Shown piece by piece: positions 50,197 to 62,808 of a stretch of 64,000 nucleotides of DNA. The position numbers and the translations under genes were made by a program. The notes under the pieces were generated by a model. That model did no database searches. It saw only the letters and a program-made list of their open reading frames with translations, and was not told where the DNA came from. The stretch is taken from contig NC_092679.1 in the NCBI RefSeq assembly GCF_964355755.1, positions 14,305,432 through 14,369,431 of the forward strand, in the 5' to 3' direction. The DNA comes from Antedon mediterranea (lineage: Eukaryota; Animalia; Echinodermata). How positions within the stretch are numbered: the stretch's first letter is position 1; each line of letters opens with the position of its first letter.

Positions 50197-53100
50197 ACCC
50201 GGGCCGCGGTGGTGAGAGCGCCGAATCCTAACCACTAGACCATATGGGAAAACTTGAGAAACCCCTAAATTTAGACGCTAATATTGGTGTTCGTGTTTAT
50301 CATGGAACACGATTCATTATCAGTACATTTTATTGAAATAAACATTCCATAATAGGTTACGATCAACGAGAGAGAGACACCGCCCTCGATAGCTCAGTTG
50401 GTAGAACGGAGGACTGTAGAGTTTAATAATTGGTATCCTTAGGTCACTGGTTCAAATCCGGCTCGAGGGAAAGTTTTTTATTCAATTTTTTCTTTATTTT
50501 TCATTGATAATGAATTTTAAAACGATTTTACAGTCTCGAGATAATTTACCCATTCTTGATTATTTCAAATAAAATATTATAGGCCTAGACAAGTAATAAA
50601 ATAATTTCCCACACCGGGAATCGAACCCGGGCCGCGGCGGTGAAAACGCCGAATCCTAACCACTAGACCATATGGGAAAACTTGAGAAACCCCTAAATTT
50701 AGGCGCTAATATTGGTGTTCGGGTTTTTCATGGAACACGATTCATTATCAGTACATTTTATTGAAATAAACATTCAATAATAGGTTACGATCAACGAAAG
50801 AGAGACACCGCCCTCGATAGCTCAGTTGGTAGAGCGGAGGACTGTAGAATTTAATAATTGGTATCCTTAGGTCGCTGGTTCAAATCCGGCTCGAGGGAAC
50901 ATTTTTATTCAATTTTTTCTTTATTTTTCATTGATAATGAATTTTAAAATGATTTTACAGTCTTGAGATAATTTACCCATTCTTGATTATTTCAAATAAA
51001 ATATTATAGGACTAGACAAGAAATAAAATAATTTTTCACACCGGGAATCGAACCCGGGCCGCGGTGGTGAAAACGCCGAATCCTAACCACTAGACCATAT
51101 GGGAAAACTTGAGAAACCCCTAAATTTAGGCGCTAATATTGGTGTTCGGGTTTATCATGGAACACGATTCATTATCAGTACATTTTATTGAAATAAACAT
51201 TCCATAATAGGTTACGATCAACGAGAGAGAGACACCGCCCTCGATAGCTCAGTTGGTAGAGCGGAGGACTGTAGAGTTAAAAAATTGGTATCCTTAGGTC
51301 GCTGGTTCAAATCCGGCTCGAGGGAACATTTTTTATTAAATTTTTTCTTTATTTTTCATTGATATTAATAATGAATTTTAAAACGATTTTACAGTCTTGA
51401 GATAATTTACCCACTCTTGTTTATTTCAAACAAAATCTAATAGACAAGGAATAAAATAATTTCCCACACCGGGAATCGAACCCGGGCCGCGGCGGTGAGA
51501 GCGCCGAATCCTAACCACTAGACCATATGGGAAAACTTGAGAAACCCCTAAATTTAGGCGCTTATATTGGTGTTCGTGTTTTTCATGGAACACAATTCAT
51601 TATCAGTACATTTTATTGAAATAAACATTACATAATAGTTTACGATCAAAGAGAGAGAGACACCGCCCTCGATAGCTCAGTTGGTAGAGCGGAGGACTGT
51701 AGAGTTAAAAAATTGGTATCCTTAGGTCGCTGGTTCAAATCCGGCTCGAGGGAACATTTTTATTCAATTTTTTTTTTTATTTTTCATTGACAATGAATTT
51801 TAAAACGATTTTACAGTCTTGAGATAATTTACCCATTCTTTTTTATTTCAAACAAAATCTAATAGACAAGGAATAAAATAATTTCCCACACCGGGAATCG
51901 AACCCGGGCCGCAGCGGTGAGAGCGCCGAATCCTAACCACTAGACCATATGGGAAAACTTGAGAAACCCCTAAATGTAGGCGCTAATATTGGTGTTCTAG
52001 TTTTTCATGGAACACGATTCATTATCAGTACATTTTATTGAAATAAACATTCCATAAGGCTACGATTAACGAGAGAGAGATACTGCCCTCGATAGCTCAG
52101 TTGGTAGAGCGGAGGACTGTAGAGTTAAACAATGGTATCCTTAGGTCGCTGGTTCAAATCCGGCTCGAGGGAACATTTTTTATTCAATTTTTTCTTTATT
52201 TTTCATTGATATTAATAATGAATTTTAAAACGATTTTACAGTCTTGAGATAGTTTACCCATTCTTGTTTATTTCAAACAAAATCTAATAGACAAGGAATA
52301 AAATAATTTCCCACACCGGGTATCGAACCCGGGCCGCAGCGGTGAGAGCGCCGAATCCTAACCACTAGACCATATGGGAAAACTTGAGAATCCCCTAAAT
52401 GTAGGCGCTAATATTGGTGTTCTAGTTTTTCATGGAACACGATTCATTATCAGTACATTTTATTGAAATAAACATTCCATAATAGGCTACGATTAACGAG
52501 AGAGAGACACTGCCCTCGATAGCTCAGTTGGTAGAGCGGAGGACTGTAGAGTTTAATAATTGGTATCCTTAGGTCGCTGGTTCAAATCCGGCTCGAGGGA
52601 ACATTTTTATTCAATTTTTTTTTTTTATTTTTCATTGACAATGAATTTTAAAACGATTTTACAGTCTTGAGATAATTTACCCATTCTTGTTTATTTCAAA
52701 CAAAATCTAATAGACAAGGAATAAAATAATTTCCCACACCGGGTATCGAACCCGGGCCGCGGTGGTGAGAGCGCCGAATCCTAACCACTAGACCATATGG
52801 GAAAACTTGAGAAACCCCTAAATTTAGACGCTAATATTGGTGTTCGTGTTTATCATGGAACACGATTCATTATCAGTACATTTTATTGAAATAAACATTC
52901 CATAATAGGTTACGATCAACGAGAGAGAGACACCGCCCTCGATAGCTCAGTTGGTAGAACGGAGGACTGTAGAGTTTAATAATTGGTATCCTTAGGTCAC
53001 TGGTTCAAATCCGGCTCGAGGGAAAGTTTTTTATTCAATTTTTTCTTTATTTTTCATTGATAATGAATTTTAAAACGATTTTACAGTCTCGAGATAATTT

Positions 53101-54570
53101 ACCCATTCTTGATTATTTCAAATAAAATATTATAGGCCTAGACAAGTAATAAAATAATTTCCCACACCGGGAATCGAACCCGGGCCGCGGCGGTGAAAAC
53201 GCCGAATCCTAACCACTAGACCATATGGGAAAACTTGAGAAACCCCTAAATTTAGGCGCTAATATTGGTGTTCGGGTTTTTCATGGAACACGATTCATTA
53301 TCAGTACATTTTATTGAAATAAACATTCAATAATAGGTTACGATCAACGAAAAAGAGACACCGCCCTCGATAGCTCAGTTGGTAGAGCGGAGGACTGTAG
53401 AATTTAATAATTGGTATCCTTAGGTCGCTGGTTCAAATCCGGCTCGAGGGAACATTTTTATTCAATTTTTTCTTTATTTTTCATTGATAATGAATTTTAA
53501 AATGATTTTACAGTCTTGAGATAATTTACCCATTCTTGATTATTTCAAATAAAATATTATAGGACTAGACAAGAAATAAAATAATTTTTCACACCGGGAA
53601 TCGAACCCGGGCCGCGGTTGTGAAAACGCCGAATCCTAACCACTAGACCATATGGGAAAACTTGAGAAACCCCTAAATTTAGGCGCTAATATTGGTGTTC
53701 GGGTTTATCATGGAACACGATTCATTATCAGTACATTTTATTGAAATAAACATTCCATAATAGGTTACGATCAACGAGAGAGAGACACCGCCCTCGATAG
53801 CTCAGTTGGTAGAGCGGAGGACTGTAGAGTTAAAAAATTGGTATCCTTAGGTCGCTGGTTCAAATCCGGCTCGAGGGAACATTTTTTATTCAATTTTTTC
53901 TTTATTTTTCATTGATAATGAATTTTAAAACGATTTTACAGTCTTGAGATAATTTACCCATTCTTGATTATTTCAAATAAAATATTATAGGACTAGACAA
54001 GGAATAAAATAATTTCCCACACCGGGAATCGAACCCGGGCCGCGGCGGTGAGAGCGCCGAATCCTAACCACTAGACCATATGGGAAAACTTGAAAAACCC
54101 CTAAATTTAGGCGCTAATATTGGTGTTCGGGTTTATCATGGAACACGATTCATTATCAGTACATTTTATTGAAATAAACATTCCATAATAGTTTACGATC
54201 AAAGAGAGAGAGACACCGCCCTCGATAGCTCAGTTGGTAGAGCGGTGGACTGTAGAGTTAAAAAATTGGTATCCTTAGGTCGCTGGTTCAAATCCGGCTC
54301 GAGGGAACATTTTTATTCAATTTTTTTTTTTATTTTTCATTGACAATGAATTTAAAAACGATTTTACAGTCTTGAGATAATTTACCCACTCTTGTTTATT
54401 TCAAACAAAATCTAATAGACAAGGAATAAAATAATTTCCCACACCAGGAATCGAACCCGGGCCGCGGCGGTGAGAGCGCCGAATCCTAACCACTAGACCA
54501 TATGGGAAAACTTGAGAAACCCCTAAATTTAGGCGCTTATATTGGTGTTCGTGTTTATCATGGAACACGA

Positions 54571-56873
54571 CAGTCGGGCAGCAAAGTGGTTGACCTCGCG
54601 AATTATTACCAAATCAAAATTTGAATTGCCGCCATCTTGGAATCGCGATAAAGCAAGTAGTGCGGAATTACAAAATGCAGCAAAAAAAAATGTCAATAAC
54701 ATTTAAATAGCATATTCATACAATTAAATTTATATTAATAAAATTCAACTAAGGATTTTACGAAAGATAGGCTACTTAAGAAATACTGCCGAGATCGGTT
54801 CCCCCACACGGCGTAGGGTACCGCAGTGCTAAGGGGCCTAGGTAGGAAAAAATCTGATTTTACCTGTTAAACATGCTTGAACCAAGGCCATTTTAATATA
54901 TATTATCCAGATTATATATCAAAACAAACTGATAAAAGGATTTGTTGATTTGCTTCTGATGAGAAAAGTGCCGGATTCATTTCGCTGACGGCGAATGAAT
55001 ACACGAATTTTCGCCATTTTCTAGCACTAGCCTTGGGTACCCAGACAGCTGATAACGATTATATTCGATTGTCCAGACGTCTCTGCTACTGGTGCTCAAT
55101 ACTACAGTATGTATTACTATGGACCTATAGGTCCATGGTATTACTGTACATATAGTACTGTATGTTTAGTTTTTGCTTTCTTTATGGCAAAATAAATATT
55201 TAATTTTTATTATTGCTTATTTTGCTTTAACTTTATCCAAGAAGAAGTAAATATTATTATATATATGCATATTACAGTCAAGTTGCAACTGCCACGAATC
55301 CACTCCACTTTGGTTACTAACTAAATAATTAATAGTATAACATCATAACTAACAAACAAATTAACAAGTTAATAAATTAACCACCATTAAATAATTTTAT
55401 TTACAAAAAAATATTTTACATACAGTATAACATGTAATATCTTATTTACATCGAAGTAAAATATGCCTATCAAACTATCTTGCTCAGGCTAAAATATCAA
55501 GTTATATATGTCAATATTTGAGTTAAATCATCGCGATAATAACATTTTTATTTTTTTTTTTTATTTTTAAAGACGTCTGTTACGTACATCAATTTACAAA
55601 TATCAAAATAGGATTGTTTTTGCAGCACAAGATGAATCACAAGTCTGATAGTTTATTCTTAGAAACCTGAAAGAAAAAAAAACACCAATAATGAGCTATT
55701 CATAGTTAAATAATTTTAATGTCAACTTTAGTCATCCTAAATTTTGTCGCCATGATCACTACTATACACAATACTGTATATATAAATATCATATGTACGA
55801 CCATCCAAATTACCTCATCCTACCACAGTCCTTCCTAGCCTAGGCTACATTATTGTCATATATTTACAAACCTCCAACAGCCACAACGTATTTTCTTTTC
55901 TTTGGCAAAGAATTTCCCGTAATATAGTCCTAAATTAATTAAATAAAAAGGTCTAGGCCTAGGCCTTTCTTTAAATATCCGACGATATATATCCATAATG
56001 ATAATCCAGTGGATATAGATTCAACATTTTAAACATAATAATAATATGGCTTCACATTGATTATAATAAGTCGGCGATATGCCACTAAAAACTAGCCTGC
56101 GGCCCTCTCTATCCGCCTACAAATAGCACTGGGTTTCCGTCAAATGGGCTAGGCCTAGATAATACTACAAGTTGGGTACATTTTTTTACAACCAAATAAT
56201 CTACAATTATATTGCAATATTTACTAAACTAGCACCAAATCCAAAATAAAAAAGCTACTAATAACATATTTTGGTATATTAACTGGTTTAAAAACGGATT
56301 GCACATAGTGATTTTGAAGGATTGAAATTACTCAACCACACGGCCTGTACTAAACATACGAATCCAAGATGGAGTCTGCTTAGAATATATCCCCAGCTTT
56401 GAACGGATATTGAATCCGTCCCATAAGCTGAACCAAGCTTAAACTTTCAGAAAAGATAGATTAATAACCTAATAACCAACCACTAAGTTTTTATAAAGGT
56501 TCCGTGCTGATGAGAAAAGTGCCGGATTCCCTACGAAACCAAACAAATAAATCATGTAGCCTACCTCAACGAACACCTCCATCTGCACTTTTTTCTTCAA
56601 TAAGCTCTGTCGTCCTTTCCTGGGCTATTTATACCAAAATTTTGTGGCGGGAATAATCTTCCATATTAGGAGTAACAATTTCCAAATATAGAAAGATATA
56701 ATTTAACCCGGATGGTGGAAATTGCAGCAGATTTGTAAGGGTATTCCCATGCAAAATGCTTGCCGCGAAGTGAAAAGCGAACCGGAAGTCACTATAACTT
56801 GGCGATGCTCAGTGACCTGCGCAGTTAAAAAACAGCGTTTTAACGGTTAAATGAGCACTTTGCTGCTCGACTG
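54571..56873. mobile_element. Unclassified 2.3-kb non-autonomous DNA transposon in an array spacer
   Basis: 18-bp TIR CAGTCG(G/A)GCAGCAAAGTG; 4-bp TSD ACGA at 54567-54570 and 56874-56877; no ORF of 60 aa or more in the track. Confidence 0.9.
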
Positions 56874-59800
56874 ACGATTCATTATCAGTACATTTTATTG
56901 AAATAAACATTCCATAATAGGTTACAATCAACGAGAGAGAGACACCGCCCTCGATAGCTCAGTTGGTAGAACGGAGGACTGTAGAGTTTAATAATTGGTA
57001 TCCTTAGGTCACTGGTTCAAATCCGGCTCGAGGGAAAGTTTTTTATTCAATTTTTTCTTTATTTTTCATTGATAATGAATTTTAAAACGATTTTACAGTC
57101 TCGAGATAATTTACCCATTCTTGATTATTTCAAATAAAATATTATAGGCCTAGACAAGTAATAAAATAATTTCCCACACCGGGAATCGAACCCGGGCCGC
57201 GGTGGTGAAAACGCCGAATCCTAACCACTGGACCATATGGGAAAACTTGAGAAACCCCTAAATTTAAGCGCTAATATTGGTGTTCGTGTTTTTCATGGAA
57301 CACAATTCATTATCAGTACATTTTATTGAAATAAACATTCCATAATAGGTTACGATCAACGAGAGAGAGAGACACCGCCCTCGATAGCTCAGTTGGTAGA
57401 GCGGAGGACTGTAGAGTTAAACAATGGTATCCTTAGGTCGCTGGTTGAAATCCGGCTCGAGGGAACATTTTTATTCAATTTTTTTTTTTTATTTTTCATT
57501 GACAATGAATTTTAAAACTATTTTACAGTCTTGAGATAATTTACCCATTCTTGATTATTTCAAATAAAATATTATAGGCCTAGACAAGTAATAAAATAAT
57601 TTACCACACCGGGAATCGAACCCGGGCCGCGGCGGTGAAAACGCCGAATCCTAACCACTAGACCATATGGGAAAACTTGAGAAACCCCTAAATTTAGGCG
57701 CTAATATTGGTGTTCGGGTTTTTCATGGATCACAATTCATTATCAGTACATTTTATTGAAATAAACATTCCATAATAGATTACGATCAACGAGAGAGAGA
57801 CACCGCCCTCGATAGCTCAGTTGGTAGAGCGGAGGACTGTAGAGTTAAAAAATTGGTATCCTTAGGTCGCTGATTCAAATCCGGCTCAAGGGAACATTTT
57901 TTATTCAATTTTTTCTTTATTTTTCATTGATATTAATAATGAATTTTAAAACGATTTTACAGTCTTGAGATAATTTATCCATTCTTGTTTATTTCAAACA
58001 AAATCTAATAGACAAGGAATAAAATAATTTCCCACACCGGGAATCGAAACCGGGCCGCGGCGGTGAGAGCGCCGAATCCTAACCACTAGACCATGGGAAA
58101 ACTTGAGAAACCCCTAAATTTAGACGCTAATATTGGTGTTCGTGTTTATCATGGAACACGATTCATTATCAGTACATTTTATTGAAATAAACATTCCATA
58201 ATAGGTTACGATCAACGAGAGAGAGACACCGCCCTCGATAGCTCAGTTGGTAGAACGGAGGACTGTAGAGTTTAATAATTGGTATCCTTAGGTCACTGGT
58301 TCAAATCCGGCTCGAGGGAAAGTTTTTTATTCAATTTTTTCTTTATTTTTCATTGATAATGAATTTTAAAACGATTTTACAGTCTCGAGATAATTTACCC
58401 ATTCTTGATTATTTCAAATAAAATATTATAGGCCTAGACAAGTAATAAAATAATTTCCCACACCGGGAATCGAACCCGGGCCGCGGCGGTGAAAACGCCG
58501 AATTCTAACCACTAGACCATATGGGAAAACTTGAGAAACCCCTAAATTTAGGCGCTAATATTGGTGTTCGGGTTTTTCATGGAACACGATTCATTATCAG
58601 TACATTTTATTGAAATAAACATTCAATAATAGGTTACGATCAACGAAAAAGAGACACCGCCCTCGATAGCTCAGTTGGTAGAGCGGAGGACTGTAGAGTT
58701 TAATAATTGGTATCCTTAGGTCGCTGGTTCAAATCCGGCTCGAGGGAACATTTTTATTCAATTTTTTCTTTATTTTTCATTGATAATGAATTTTAAAACG
58801 ATTTTACAGTCTTGAGATAATTTACCCATTCTTGATTATTTCAAATAAAATATTATAGGACTAGACAAGAAATAAAATAATTTTCCACACCGGGAATCGA
58901 ACCCGGGCCGCGGTGGTGAAAACGCCGAATCCTAACCACTAGACCATATGGGAAAACTTGAGAAACCCCTAAATTTAGGCGCTAATATTGGTGTTCGGGT
59001 TTATCATGGAACACGATTCATTATCAGTACATTTTATTGAAATAAACATTCCATAATAGGTTACGATCAACGAGAGAGAGACACCGCCCTCGATAGCTCA
59101 GTTGGTAGAGCGGAGGACTGTAGAGTTAAAAAATTGGTATCCTTAGGTCGCTGGTTCAAATCCGGCTCGAGGGAACATTTTTTATTCAATTTTTTCTTTA
59201 TTTTTCATTGATATTAATAATGAATTTTAAAACGATTTTACAGTCTTGAGATAATTTACCAATTCTTGTTTATTTCAAACAAAATCTAATAGACAAGGAA
59301 TAAAATAATTTCCCACACCGGGAATCGAACCCGGGCCGCGGCGGTGAGAGCGCCGAATCCTAACCACTAGACCATATGGGAAAACTTGAGAAACCCCTAA
59401 ATTTAAGCGCTAATATTGGTGTTCGTGTATTTCATGGAACACAATTCATTATCAGTACATTTTATTGAAATAAACATTCCATAATAGTTTACGATCAAAG
59501 AGAGAGAGACACCGCCCTCGATAGCTCAGTTGGTAGAGCGGAGGACTGTAGAGTTAAAAAATTGGTATCCTTAGGTCGCTGGTTCAAATCCGGCTCGAGG
59601 GAACATTTTTTTATTCAATTTTTTCTTTTTTTTTCATTGATAATGAATTTTGAAACGATTTTACAGTCTTGAGATAATTTACCCATTCTTGTTTATTTCA
59701 AATAAAATATTATAGGCCTAGACAAGAAATAAAATAATTTCCCACACCGGGAACCGAACCCGGGCCGCGGCGGTGAAAACGCCGAATCCTAACCACTAGA

Positions 59801-61243
59801 CCATATGGGAAAACTTGAGAAACTCCTAAATCTAGGCGCTAATATTGGTGTTCGGGTTTTTCATGGAACACGATTCATTATCAGTACATTTTATTGAAAT
59901 AAACATTCCATAATAGGTTACGATCAACGAGAGAGAGATACCGCCCTCGATAGCTCAGTTGGTAGAGCGGAGGACTGTAGAGTTTAATAATTGGTATCCT
60001 TAGGTCGCTGGTTCAAATCCGGCTCGAGGGAACATTTTTATTCAATTTTTTCTTTCTTTTTCATTGATAATGAATTTTAAAACGATTCTACAGTCTTGAG
60101 ATAATTTACCCATTCTTGATTATTTCAAATAAAATATTATAGGCCTAGACAAGAAATAAAATAATTTTCCACACCGGGAATCGAACCCGGGCCGCGGCGG
60201 TGAGAGCGCCGAATCCTAACCACTAGACCATATGGGAAAACTTGAGAAACCCCTAAATTTAAGCGCTAATATTGGTGTTCGTGTTTTTCATGGAACACGA
60301 TTCATTATCAGTACATTTTATTGAAATAAACATTCCATAATAGGTTACGATCAACGAGAGAGAGACACCGCCCTCGATAGCTCAGTTGGTAGAGCGGAGG
60401 ACTGTAGAGTTAAAAAATTGGTATCCTTAGGTCGCTGGTTCAAATCCGGCTCTAGGGAACATTTTTTATTCAATTTTTTCTTTATTTTTCATTGATAATG
60501 AATTTTAAAACGATTTTACAGTCTTGAGATAATTTACCCATTCTTGTTTATTTCAAACAAAATCTAATAGACAAGGAATAAAATAATTTCCCACACCGGG
60601 AATCGAACCCGGGCCGCGGCGGTGAAAACGTCGAATCCTAACCACTAGACCATATGGGAAAACTTGAGAAACCCCTAAATTTAGGCGCTAATATTGGTGT
60701 TCGTGTTTATCATGGAACACGATTCATTATCAGTACATTTTATTGAAATAAACATTCCATAATAGGTTACGATCAACGAGAGAGAGACACCGCCCTCGAT
60801 AGCTCAGTTGGTAGAACGGAGGACTGTAGAGTGTAATAATTGGTATCCTTAGGTCGCTGGTTCAAATCCGGCTCGAGGGAACATTTTTATTCAATTTTTT
60901 CTTTATTTTTCATTGATAATAAATTTTAAAACGATTTTACAGTCTTGAGATAATTTACCCATTCTTGATTATTTCAAATAAAATATTATAGGCCTAGACA
61001 AGAAATAAAATAATTTCCAATGCCAATATGTGCTCATCTTACATCTCCCTGATGTGCTTAGGTATTCAACATGTTTACCAATAATGTGCTTTTTTTCAAT
61101 ACCGTATACGTAATATGACATACAGTATATCTCGTTTTTTTTTAAATACTTATTTTGTGGAATCGTTTTGCTTATTATAGCATATTTATTTTCAATTTAA
61201 ATAGATTAAAAAACTTTATGTAACCCACATTGTTGCTGTACGT

Positions 61244-61316
61244 GGTTTCGTAGTGTAGTGGTTATCACGTCTGCTTTACACGCAGGAGGTCCCCGGTTCG
61301 ATCCCGGGCGGAACCT
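61244..61316 (+). tRNA. tRNA-Val(TAC)
   Basis: GGTTTCGTAGTGTAGTGGTTATCACGTCTGC-TTTACAC-GCAGGAGGTCCCCGGTTCGATCCCGGGCGGAACCT, T-run terminator. Confidence 0.92.
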
Positions 61317-61340
61317 GTTTTTTTATTAATTTTGTTATTA

Positions 61341-62417
61341 AATGTGCTTAGGTATTCAACATGTTTACCAATAATGTGCTTAGGTATTCAACATGTTTTC
61401 CTATAATGTGCTTAGGTATTCAACATGTTTACCAATAATGTGCTTAGGTATTCAACATGTTTACCTATAATGTGCTTAGGTATTCAACATGTTTACCAAT
61501 AATGTGCTTATGTATTCAACATGTTTACCAATAATGTGCTTAGGTATTCAACATGTTTACCTATAATGTGCGTATGTATTCAACATGTTTACCTGTAATG
61601 TGCTTATGTATTCAATATGTTTACCAATAATGTGCTTAGGTATTCAACATGTTTACCAATAATGTGCTTAGGTTTTTAACATGTTTACCAATAATGTGCT
61701 TAGGTATTCGACATGTTTACCTATAATGTGCTTATGTATTCAACATGTTTACCAATAATGTGCTTAGGTATTCAACATGTTTACCAATAATGTGCTTAGG
61801 TATTCGACATGTTTACCAATAATGTGCTTAGGTTTTTAACATGTTTACCAATAATGTGCTTAGGTATTCGACATGTTTACCTATAATGTGCTTATGTATT
61901 CAACATGTTTACCAATAATGTGCTTAGGTATTCAACATTTTTACCAATAATGTGCTTATGTTTACCAATAATGTGCTTAGGTATTCAACATGTTTACCAA
62001 TAATGTGCTTAGGTATTCGACATGTTTACCTATAATGTGCTTATGTATTCAACATGTTTACCAGTAATGTGCTTAGGTATTCGACATGTTTACCAATAAT
62101 GTGCTTAGGTATTCGACATGTTTACCAATAATGTGCTTAGGTTTTTAACATGTTTACCAATAATGTGCTTAGGTATTCAACATGTTTACCAATAATGTGC
62201 TTAGGTTTTCAACATGTTTACCAATAATGTGCTTAGGTATTCAACATGTTTACCAATAATGTGCTTAGGTTTTTAACATGTTTACCAATAATGTGCTTAG
62301 GATTTTAACATGTTTACCAATAATGTGCTTAGGTTTTTAACATGTTTACCAATAATGTCCTTAGGTATTAAACATGTGTACCAACAATTTGCTTAGGTGT
62401 TCAACATGTTTACCAAT
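61341..62417. repeat. 32-bp minisatellite, about 33-34 copies
   Basis: Unit AATGTGCTTAGGTATTCAACATGTTTACCAAT; one extra copy at about 61053-61090. Confidence 0.96.
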
Positions 62418-62661
62418 TTATGGTTAAGCAGACTTGTTTCTTAATTTTATTATTTTCTTCGGCTCATCATAAATTTTTTCTATCAATCAATTCAGTAAAA
62501 CCAGGAATCACCTCTGAGAGGTTATGCTGCAAAGATAACTTATAAACATTATTTAATACTTATGTATAATTGTTTATTTAATAATTTTTTTTAGCTATAT
62601 TCCGTACATAATTATTCCATCCTTAAGCGTTGTACATTTTTAATGTTTAACTAATAACTCA

Positions 62662-62808
62662 ATAGTTCACTATGTCTGTCGGTCTGTCTGTCGGTCCGGT
62701 ATCACTATGCGTTTTATCGCTTTTCTGTACTTTTTGAACTGTTTTGATGTACTTTTTGAAAGTTCATTTTTTTCTGAGAGCACGCGACTTATGGCTGTTG
62801 GCCTTGTT
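62662..62808. mobile_element. DINE-1/Helentron-like element, same family as 503-615
   Basis: Shared core, (GTCG/GTCT)n tract and GGCTGTTGGCCTTGTT end. Confidence 0.55.

Larger units (their letters stand above)
14005..61018. repeat. Tandem tRNA gene array, ~422-430 bp unit (tRNA-Tyr + / tRNA-Glu -), about 81 units
   Basis: Manual count of about 81 full-length Tyr genes and a similar number of Glu genes with conserved spacers; interrupted by four insertions. Confidence 0.98.

Noticed and set aside
56500-56560. CTGATGAG...CGAAAC resembling a hammerhead ribozyme core (also at 54956)
   Set aside because: No convincing stem II or stem III pairing by eye; an Infernal search would settle it
14005-61018. 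Nonsense-suppressor Tyr variants (CTA/TTA anticodons) in the array
   Set aside because: Every full-length Tyr copy I read retains ACTGTAG; no suppressor anticodon seen
14005-61018. Link between Tyr+Glu tRNAs in a sperm-motility gene and tubulin tyrosination/glutamylation
   Set aside because: TTL/TTLL ligases use free amino acids and ATP, not aminoacyl-tRNA; nothing in the sequence supports the link
61341-62417. 32-bp repeats of CRISPR-like length with an internal palindrome AACATGTT
   Set aside because: Units are directly adjacent with no unique spacers, there are no cas genes, and the context is a eukaryotic intron
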